From an uncultured Nostoc sp. (GTDB lineage: Bacteria; Cyanobacteriota; Cyanobacteriia; Cyanobacteriales; Nostocaceae), in the NCBI RefSeq assembly GCF_964247315.1, contig NZ_CAXTTT010000005.1, forward strand, positions 20,373 to 84,372: DNA of 64,000 nucleotides, read 5' to 3'. The translations under genes and the position numbers were made by a program. Below are positions 57,089-64,000 of this stretch, in pieces. Numbering within the stretch: the first letter of the stretch is position 1; each line of letters opens with the position of its first letter. Below the pieces are notes generated by a model. That model searched no databases. It had not been told where the DNA came from and saw only the letters and a program-made list of their open reading frames with translations.

Positions 57089-58624
57089 CTAACGAATCAA
57101 GTCGTAGGAAATATCTGTCTTAGAAGGAATGTTGGTGTTGCGATCGATTTCTTCAAACAGAGTATTTACAACCCAGTTAAGCAAGTTGATCACACCTTGA
57201 TAACCAATGGTGGAGTAGCGGTGTAGGTGGTGGCGATCCATGATGGGGTAGCCGATTCTCACCAGGGGAGTCTTGGTATCGCGCCATAGGTACTTACCGT
57301 AGGTGTTGCCAACCAGGAAGTCTACTGGTTCGGTGAACATTAGAGAACGCATGTGCCACAAGTCTTTACCAGGCCAAACAGTTGCATTCCTACCGAAGGG
57401 GCTAGAAGCAAGCAGTTCTTTCATTTCTGCTTCAAATACGTCGTTGCTGTTGTGAACCAAGATATGCACAGGTTCAGCACCCATTTCTAGCATAAAGCCA
57501 ACTACGCTGTATACTAAATCTGGTTCGCCGTAGATAGCGAAGCGCTTGCCGTGAATCCATGAGTGGGAGTCAGTCATGGCATCAACTGCCTGACCGCGTT
57601 CAATTTCCAATTGTTCGGGAATGGGGATACCACTCAGTTCGCTGAGTTTCATCAAGAACTCGTCAGTACCCTTAATACCCCAAGGACGGCAAACTGCGGT
57701 TGGTTGCTTCCACTCTTTTTCGATGTACTCGCGGGTTTTGAGCGTAGAGTGTGCTTGCAGAGCGATCGTAGCTTTAGCATTAATTGAATCTTCTGCATCT
57801 TCTAGCTTTGTACCACCTGGGTACATATTGAACTCACCTGTGTTGGGTGAATCCAGGTAGTCGCTGTTGTCAGCTAGAATGGTGTAGTCAAAGCCGAACA
57901 AGGAAGCAATCCGTTTGATTTCCCGGTTGTTGCCTACGTAGGTGTCAAAACCTGGGATGAAGTTGATCTTACCATTGCTGGTTTCTTTCTTATGACCTGC
58001 TGTCAGGTTAGAAAGAATTCCCTTCATCATGTTGTCGTAACCAGTGATGTGGGAACCAACAAAGCTAGGCGTGTGAGCGTAAGGTACTGGGAAATCTTGA
58101 GGAACTGAACCAACTTCCTTGGCGTTGTTGATGAAAGACTGTAAGTCATCACCGATTACTTCTGCCATACAGGTGGTGCAGACAGCGATCATCTTGGGCT
58201 TGTAAAGTTGGTAAGAGTTAGCCAACCCGTCAATCATGTTTTGCAGACCACCAAACACGGCTGCATCTTCAGTCATTGAAGAAGATACACCAGAAAATGG
58301 TTCTTTGTAGTGACGGGTTAAGTGGGTGCGGAAATAAGCAACGCAACCTTGAGAACCTTGAACAAAAGGTAGAGTACCTTCAAAACCAACAGCAGCAAAG
58401 ATTGCTCCCAATGGTTGGCAGCCTTTAGCAGGGTTAACAGTTAAAGCTTCACGAGCGAAGTTCTTTTCACGATAATCCCAACCCTTCGTCCACTCTGCAA
58501 CCCGTTGTACTTCTTCGGTTTCGTGAGCATTTTCAAACTGCTTTTTGTTTTCAAATAGCTGTTTGTACTCTGGTTGGTGGAATAACTCTACGTGGTCTTG
58601 AATTTTTTCGGGATTCTGAGGCAT
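57089..58624 (-). CDS. nifK: nitrogenase molybdenum-iron protein beta chain
   Basis: [22 protein letters not shown] and [11 protein letters not shown] motifs, 511 aa. Confidence 0.97.
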   Translation of the reverse strand: MPQNPEKIQDHVELFHQPEYKQLFENKKQFENAHETEEVQRVAEWTKGWDYREKNFAREALTVNPAKGCQPLGAIFAAVGFEGTLPFVQGSQGCVAYFRTHLTRHYKEPFSGVSSSMTEDAAVFGGLQNMIDGLANSYQLYKPKMIAVCTTCMAEVIGDDLQSFINNAKEVGSVPQDFPVPYAHTPSFVGSHITGYDNMMKGILSNLTAGHKKETSNGKINFIPGFDTYVGNNREIKRIASLFGFDYTILADNSDYLDSPNTGEFNMYPGGTKLEDAEDSINAKATIALQAHSTLKTREYIEKEWKQPTAVCRPWGIKGTDEFLMKLSELSGIPIPEQLEIERGQAVDAMTDSHSWIHGKRFAIYGEPDLVYSVVGFMLEMGAEPVHILVHNSNDVFEAEMKELLASSPFGRNATVWPGKDLWHMRSLMFTEPVDFLVGNTYGKYLWRDTKTPLVRIGYPIMDRHHLHRYSTIGYQGVINLLNWVVNTLFEEIDRNTNIPSKTDISYDLIR

Positions 58625-58686
58625 TTTTGGATCTCCAAGCTTACTGAATTCTTTACTGATGGAGGAATAAGGATTTGAGGCGGTAG

Positions 58687-58788
58687 AGACGCGATTAATC
58701 GCGTCTGTACTAGGGAGTGGGAATATGATTCAAAATTCAAAATGCAAAAATCAAAAGAAATTTTAATTTTTCAGTTTTGAATTTTGGA
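58687..58788. other. intercistronic stem-loops between nifD and nifK
   Basis: 20-bp perfect palindrome AGACGCGATTAATCGCGTCT (58687-58706), plus TTCAAAATTCAAAATG / CAGTTTTGAATTTTGGA. Confidence 0.5.
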
Positions 58789-58850
58789 TTCCCAACTCCC
58801 CTCTGGGGTTTTAGCCCCAGGTTATCCTTACTTATCTAGCTCCCATTTCC

Positions 58851-59035
58851 CTAGACGGCAGCTTTAGCTTCAACTTTAGCTTCAGCTTCAGCTTTAGCTA
58901 CAGCTTTCTTAGCGTTAGCTTTTTCATTCCAAGGAGCGCCAATTAATCCCCAGGTTGGGCTGTTAAGTGCCAAGTCCATGTCACGTGCGAAGATGGCGAA
59001 GCCATCGTAACCGTGATAAGGGCCGGAGTAATCCT
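58851..59035 (-). CDS. nifD: nitrogenase MoFe protein alpha chain, 3' segment only (last 61 codons); the rest lies beyond the excision element
   Basis: Hand translation: [60 protein letters not shown]. The reading frame breaks exactly at the 11-bp core. Confidence 0.9.
59025..59035. other. XisA recombination core (CGGAGTAATCC, the reverse complement of GGATTACTCCG) at the nifK-proximal border of the nifD element
   Basis: Identical to the 11-bp direct repeat known for the Anabaena PCC 7120 nifD element. Confidence 0.85.
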
Positions 59036-59066
59036 TTTTGTGGTTTAATTCTTTTCAACAGTCTAA

Positions 59067-59113
59067 TGTTTGCAGTAAACAGTGTCAGCGATAAACATTG
59101 TTCGCTGATAACA
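59067..59113. promoter_or_regulatory. three tandem TGT-N9-ACA (NtcA/BifA-type) sites, 16-bp phasing, upstream of xisA
   Basis: TGTTTGCAGTAAACA (59067), TGTCAGCGATAAACA (59083) and TGTTCGCTGATAACA (59099). Confidence 0.65.
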
Positions 59114-59262
59114 CATTTATTTTTAGGCTAAATATAGGCTAAAAACACAGCATAATTAGGTTCAGGACTAACGCATCATCTAAATGTTGTCCTGAGCCAA
59201 GGTGATTAAAAAATCGCCCGTTTTTTTGCTCATCTCTGCAAGCACAGCAGCAAAAAGAACAC

Positions 59263-60573
59263 ATGAGAACGAAAGTACTACTAGAATTAGAGCAAGTTAA
59301 TCTGCGTTTGAAGTCTGCAAAGGCAAAGGTGACAATTAGAGAATCGAATGGAAGTCTGCAATTACGGGCAACGTTACCAATTAAGCCGGGAGACAAAGAT
59401 AGTAATGGTACTGGGAGAAAACAATACAATCTCAGTTTGAATATTCCCTCTAACTTGGATGGACTCAAGACGGCTGAGGAAGAAGCCTATGAATTAGGGA
59501 AGTTAATCGCTCGTAAAACGTTTGAATGGAATGATAAATATTTAGGTAATGAAGCAATTAGAAAAGATTTTCAAACCATAGGAGAATTACTCGAAAATTT
59601 TGAAGAAGAGTATTTTAAAACTCACAAACGTACAACTAAAAGCAAACATACTTTTTTTTATTACTTTTCCAGAACCAAGAGATTTACGAATCCCAAAGAC
59701 TTGGCAACTGCTGAAAATCTGATAAGTTCAATTGAACAAGTCGATAAGGAATGGGCTAAGTATAATGCAGCTAGAGCGATCGCTGCATTTTGTGTGACAT
59801 TCAACATCAAAATTGATTTATCTAAATATTCCAAAATGCCAGAGAATAATTCCCGCAATATCCCTACAGATGTGGAAATAGCTGAGGGAATTATTAAATT
59901 TGAAGATTATCTGAATAACAGAGGTAATCAAGTTAATCAAAATGTTCAAAATAGTTGGCAACTTTGGCGCTGGACGTATGGAATGTTAGCAGTTTTTGGT
60001 TTACGTCCACGAGAACTTTTTATAAATCCTGATATTGATTGGTGGTTGAGTCAAGAAAATGTAGATTTAACATGGAAAGTTCATAAAGATTGTAAGACTG
60101 GTGAAAGACAAGCATTACCATTATATAGGCAATGGATTGATGACTTTGATTTGAAAAATCCGAAATATTTAGAGATGTTGAAAAGTGCGATCGCTAAAAA
60201 AGATAACACTAATCATGCGGATATAACGGCGTTAACACAGCGAGTTAGCTGGTGGTTTCGTAAAATAGGATTGGATTTTAAACCCTATGATTTACGTCAC
60301 GCTTGGGCAATTCGGGCGCATATTTTGGGGATACCAATTAAAGCGGCGGCGGATAATTTGGGGCATAGTGTGCAAGTTCATACGCAAACTTATCAGCGTT
60401 GGTTCTCATTAGATATGCGGAAGTTGGCGATTAATCAGGCGTTGAGTAAGAGGAATGAAGTTGACTTGATTAGGGAGGAGAATGCTAAGTTGAGGATAGA
60501 GAATGATAAATTGAGATTGGAGATTGAGAAGTTGAAGATGGAGCTAGTTTATAAGCGGAGTGAAATTTGTTAA
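59263..60573 (+). CDS. xisA: site-specific tyrosine recombinase XisA
   Basis: Position and orientation next to the nifD core. C-terminal catalytic motifs (YDLRHAWAIRA, GHSVQVHTQTYQRW). Confidence 0.9.
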   Translation: MRTKVLLELEQVNLRLKSAKAKVTIRESNGSLQLRATLPIKPGDKDSNGTGRKQYNLSLNIPSNLDGLKTAEEEAYELGKLIARKTFEWNDKYLGNEAIRKDFQTIGELLENFEEEYFKTHKRTTKSKHTFFYYFSRTKRFTNPKDLATAENLISSIEQVDKEWAKYNAARAIAAFCVTFNIKIDLSKYSKMPENNSRNIPTDVEIAEGIIKFEDYLNNRGNQVNQNVQNSWQLWRWTYGMLAVFGLRPRELFINPDIDWWLSQENVDLTWKVHKDCKTGERQALPLYRQWIDDFDLKNPKYLEMLKSAIAKKDNTNHADITALTQRVSWWFRKIGLDFKPYDLRHAWAIRAHILGIPIKAAADNLGHSVQVHTQTYQRWFSLDMRKLAINQALSKRNEVDLIREENAKLRIENDKLRLEIEKLKMELVYKRSEIC

Positions 60574-60767
60574 TAAAAATGATGTGGTGCGTTACGCTGC
60601 ACGATAACGCACGCTACTAACTTACTCTTTAAATTTCCGTATAATAAATAGTTATATTTCTGACTGTTATCTGTAAAGACAGTAGTCTAATGTTACCTGT
60701 AAAGTCATCAAAGCTATGTAGCTGTTAGACTATTCAGAGTATTCGCTCTGCAAGCAAAATATTGTTA

Positions 60768-62549
60768 ATGTATATTTACAAACTGACCCGGATCGTATTC
60801 AACAATGGAGAAGAGGTTGAACCAGGAAACCTTACCGTTATTATTGGCCCGAATAATGCTGGAAAAAGCCGTACTTTAAAAGACATTGCTCAAAAAACCA
60901 CAAAAAGTACACCTCTACCTGCTGTTGTTGTTAGCGATGTTGAGTGGACAACCCCACAGAATCTACAAGAGCTATGCGAAGCCTACAGTTTGAAACGCTA
61001 CCAAGACGAATATACCAGCTGGATGTTTCGTATACTAGCTCCTGAACTGTCCCAGGAACACCAAGTCAGTGCAAACTTTTGGTCTGAAGAAGATGAGGTA
61101 ATTTCCCATATTTTATCTAATAAATCCATGTTTGCCGAGTATTTTGGTATTGCTATGGTTGCATTTATCACCACAGAACACCGTCTTCAACTGGTAAAAG
61201 AAGCTGCTAGTGCAGCCCATGAAAGACAAGAAGCAAATCTGCTGCAAACTTTCTATAATGCAGAAAGTTCTCTAGAGAATGATATACAAAAATTAGTCAA
61301 GCGTGCTTTTGGCAAAGAAATTAAGTTAGATTTCACTGTACCGCAGCGATTACTTCTTCGAGTTGGAAATGATTTTAGTTTAATTCCTTCAGATCCAAGA
61401 GATGCTAGACAGCCAATGCAGGGATATGACAAGTTGGATGATCAAGGGGATGGAATCAGAAGTTTTGTAGGAATTACCACTGCATTGTTGGCGATTAAAC
61501 GAAACGTATTTCTAATCGATGAACCAGAGGCTTTTCTTGCTCCGCCCCAAGCTTTCCGGATAGGTGAGTTTATTGCAGAACAAGCAAACAGTAAACGCCA
61601 AATAATTTTAGCTACACACAGCGCCGACTTACTGCGTGGTCTTTTAAGCAAGACAACCGATCTCACTATTATTCGGATTGACCGTAGAGATGAAACCAAC
61701 TATTTCAATACACTTGACCCAAATCGCTTACGGGAATTAGTGAACGATCCTCTATTGAGTTCATCTCGTGTTCTGGACGGACTTTTTTACTCCGGTGTAG
61801 TTGTGGTAGAAGCAGATAGTGATGGGCGGTTTTACCAAACTGCCTCTAACAAGCGGAAAAATAATATTGATTTATATTTCGTTAATGCAGATAACAAGCA
61901 AACTGTTCCACGGATTACCACACTGTATCGGGATATGGGAGTGCGCTGCGTAGGAATTGTTGATTTTGATGTGTTAAATAACCCGGCAGAATTTAAAAAG
62001 CAGCTAGAGGCTCTAAAATTCAGTGAAGAAGGCATTACTCGAATGCTGACTATTCGTGAAGAAATTGCAAAAGCAGCTAAAGAACTTCCTTGTGATGAGA
62101 GGTTAAAGAAGGTCAAAGAGCAAATGACAACACTATTAGCCTCTCTCAACGAGGTACAAGGTAAAGCTTTTGCTTCTGATGGCGAAGCTAAATCTGAAAA
62201 AGAAAAATTATTGAGCCAAATTGAACGTCGAGCTAGAGAAATTGCAGACTCGACCAAGAACTGGAAGGATTTCAAGGAGAAAGGGCGAGCAGCCTTGCCA
62301 CCAGAATTACAATCTAGCTTTGACGATTTATGGAAAACCTGTTCAGAAAGAGGGCTATTCATCAATCCATGTGGTGAGTTAGAGTCAATGCTCACACATC
62401 GAGGTATTCCTTATACAACAGATGATAAACGGGGATGGATTACAAAAGCCTTGTTAATGCTTCCCGGACTCGAAGTTAATGACAATGAATATCCCTGGAA
62501 ATTTATCAAGGAGATTCAGGAGTATCTTATAGGTTTGGAAGATCAATAG
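60768..62549 (+). CDS. OLD-family/PARIS-like ABC ATPase fused to a Toprim-like (DUF4435-type) nuclease domain
   Basis: Walker A GPNNAGKS, signature-like DDQGDGIRSF, Walker B VFLIDEPEAFL, ATHS. Then VVVVEADSDGRFY ... GIVDFDV (E...DxD Toprim pattern), followed by a coiled-coil tail. Confidence 0.65.
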   Translation: MYIYKLTRIVFNNGEEVEPGNLTVIIGPNNAGKSRTLKDIAQKTTKSTPLPAVVVSDVEWTTPQNLQELCEAYSLKRYQDEYTSWMFRILAPELSQEHQVSANFWSEEDEVISHILSNKSMFAEYFGIAMVAFITTEHRLQLVKEAASAAHERQEANLLQTFYNAESSLENDIQKLVKRAFGKEIKLDFTVPQRLLLRVGNDFSLIPSDPRDARQPMQGYDKLDDQGDGIRSFVGITTALLAIKRNVFLIDEPEAFLAPPQAFRIGEFIAEQANSKRQIILATHSADLLRGLLSKTTDLTIIRIDRRDETNYFNTLDPNRLRELVNDPLLSSSRVLDGLFYSGVVVVEADSDGRFYQTASNKRKNNIDLYFVNADNKQTVPRITTLYRDMGVRCVGIVDFDVLNNPAEFKKQLEALKFSEEGITRMLTIREEIAKAAKELPCDERLKKVKEQMTTLLASLNEVQGKAFASDGEAKSEKEKLLSQIERRAREIADSTKNWKDFKEKGRAALPPELQSSFDDLWKTCSERGLFINPCGELESMLTHRGIPYTTDDKRGWITKALLMLPGLEVNDNEYPWKFIKEIQEYLIGLEDQ

Positions 62550-62582
62550 TGCGATCACATCTCTCCTGTAGCGTCTATTGAT

Positions 62583-63152
62583 TTACTCAAAAACAATGCC
62601 GCGATAAATTTCCGCCATCGGCAAATCAATACTAACTGAATCCAAAGCAAGAGATAGCTCTAAGCCGCTAAAATCACTGAGCAACCAACCTTTGTCTTGT
62701 TTACTGTAGCGTTCCACAAAAGGTTCATCCTGCTCGACTAATAAATATTTGCTAAAACTCGCAATTGAGCGATACATCCGAAATTTACTGAGTCGGTCGT
62801 AATCTGCGGTGGAAGGAGATAGAACTTCAACAATCAAAATGGGATTTAAGACTTCATCTAAACGTTCACCATTTAGTTGCGGTTCGCCGTCAAAAATCAT
62901 TACATCTGGATATACCCCACGTCGATATTCAGGAATCCACAGCCGTAAATCGCTGTTAATTGGCTCGAATTGAGTATCGCGCATCATAGTACTAAAATAG
63001 GTCAGAATGTTCCGACCGATACGGCTGTGTTTGAGGGTTCCTCCGGGCATGGGTACAATTTCTCCATCTCGATATTCGCTGCGTCCTTCAGCTTTTTCTT
63101 CGATCGCACGATATTCATCCAAGCTGTAGCGGCGCGAGATGGTAGAAATCAT
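62583..63152 (-). CDS. Uma2-family (DUF820) endonuclease
   Basis: YSLDEYRAIEE...EYRDGEIV.MPGG...H....PDVMIF...VEVLSPST motif set. The start is set at the ATG at 63152. Confidence 0.8.
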   Translation of the reverse strand: MISTISRRYSLDEYRAIEEKAEGRSEYRDGEIVPMPGGTLKHSRIGRNILTYFSTMMRDTQFEPINSDLRLWIPEYRRGVYPDVMIFDGEPQLNGERLDEVLNPILIVEVLSPSTADYDRLSKFRMYRSIASFSKYLLVEQDEPFVERYSKQDKGWLLSDFSGLELSLALDSVSIDLPMAEIYRGIVFE

Positions 63153-63274
63153 AGGTTGTAAGCGATCGCATTGGCTATAAGACAACAATATTATTTTGTC
63201 ACAGATTTGCTTGTGAGGTAATATCATACTCCAATGCGATGCCTGCGGCAGGCTACGTCAATGGCAACCATCTA

Positions 63275-63913
63275 TCAACTGTTTTGCACCATCCAAACAA
63301 AAAATCCAAGAATTTGTTCCACTGGTGGGAGAGGATAATCGATCAAGTCGATAGTGACAAGATTATCCTCCAGCTTCAGGAATCGCCATTGCGTACCACT
63401 GCTAATAGAACCATAGATTACGGCAACTGGACGATTTTTGGCGGCGTTGAATTTTTGTGCTGCAACCATTTCTGCAATACATTGTCCAAACCTAGTTCTT
63501 AAATCTGCTTTTTTTGCTTCTACAATGACAATTGCAGGCGCTTCAATTTCTAGTACTTCCGGCGAACGACTCAAAAGAAAATCACACATTCCATTCAGTC
63601 CAACTGCCTCATCGACTGTAAAATCTTCTCCAGAAAATAAGCTAATTTGGCGATTTAATATCCGTCTAACTTCTAATAATACAGGGTAAATTATTCCTTC
63701 GGAACGAGCTTTTTCACTTGCTGAAGAAGCAAGTGGTAGACTTTCTTCAAGATATGCCGTCAGTGTAGCAGATGATTCAATAGGTTCGGTGGCAGGAATG
63801 AATCGCCCACCCTCCTGTGTTTTTAACCCAAAAGCCTCTTTAACTTTACTGATAGTTGTAAACTGACTATAAGGCATAAGTGATGAGTACGGGATGACTG
63901 GTGGAACATGCAA
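63275..63913 (-). CDS. hypothetical protein with PD-(D/E)xK nuclease-like motif
   Basis: CDFLL...VIVEAKK pattern, 212 aa. Confidence 0.5.
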   Translation of the reverse strand: MHVPPVIPYSSLMPYSQFTTISKVKEAFGLKTQEGGRFIPATEPIESSATLTAYLEESLPLASSASEKARSEGIIYPVLLEVRRILNRQISLFSGEDFTVDEAVGLNGMCDFLLSRSPEVLEIEAPAIVIVEAKKADLRTRFGQCIAEMVAAQKFNAAKNRPVAVIYGSISSGTQWRFLKLEDNLVTIDLIDYPLPPVEQILGFFVWMVQNS

Positions 63914-64000
63914 GTCAGATTATCGCCGCAAACCACGCCCAGTAGTGAACCAAATAGTGAAGCTTGTGAAGTGATTGGCAGTGAATCAGTAAACCTATTA

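Larger units (their letters stand above)
59036..64000. mobile_element. nifD developmental excision element (xisA type), partial; it continues past the window end
   Basis: nifD is broken at the core site, xisA lies 230 bp inside, and the far border is not in the window. Confidence 0.85.

Noticed and set aside
61832-62395. 187-aa antisense ORF inside the OLD-like gene; similar antisense ORFs occur inside hsdR, hypD, hypF, nifN, nifE, nifK, cysK and ksgA
   Set aside because: These are shadow ORFs opposite well-supported genes and have no independent motifs.

Overview
This window looks like a heterocyst-forming (Nostoc/Anabaena-type) cyanobacterial chromosome: STRR heptamer repeats, GCGATCGC-rich, and hup/hyp/nif/xis genes. 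There are three parts.

(1) 1-21 kb is housekeeping. It holds petG (37 aa, not in the ORF track), a c-type cytochrome, a parvulin PPIase, rsmA, ispE, tRNA-Gly(CCC), sucCD-like genes, a histidine kinase/OmpR pair, a NYN protein and cysK.

This block is interrupted at 6407-11445 by what I read as a decayed type V-K CRISPR-associated transposon (CAST). It starts 2 nt after the tRNA-Gly. It has TGTACA termini with phased TnsB-site-like repeats, a 16-codon cas12k stub, a divergent ribbon-helix-helix (RHH) gene with twin operator-like repeats, a frameshifted tnsB stub, and an orphan type I hsdR as cargo.

(2) 21-25 kb holds small unknown ORFs and an LLM (luciferase-like monooxygenase) flavin oxidoreductase.

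(3) 25.4-59 kb is a contiguous H2-recycling/N2-fixation supercluster. It runs hypBAEDCF, the five 'extended hyp operon' ORFs (NHL, NifU-Rieske, two small membrane proteins, TPR), then hupS and an uninterrupted hupL. Next comes an accessory patch (hicAB, CSD-DUF1294, a xisH remnant plus xisI), then hupW. A SagB-like/ankyrin module follows, then nifV, mop, fdxH, hesB, hesA, nifW, DUF683, DUF269, nifX, nifN, nifE, a Mo-nitro_C ORF and nifK.

Only the last 61 codons of nifD are present. nifD is broken at the canonical CGGAGTAATCC core by a xisA-type developmental excision element (59036 to beyond the window end). That element carries three phased TGT-N9-ACA sites, xisA, an OLD/PARIS-like ABC-ATPase-Toprim protein, a Uma2 nuclease and a PD-(D/E)xK protein.

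All family calls come from reading motifs by eye and from memory of reference proteins. No searches were run.
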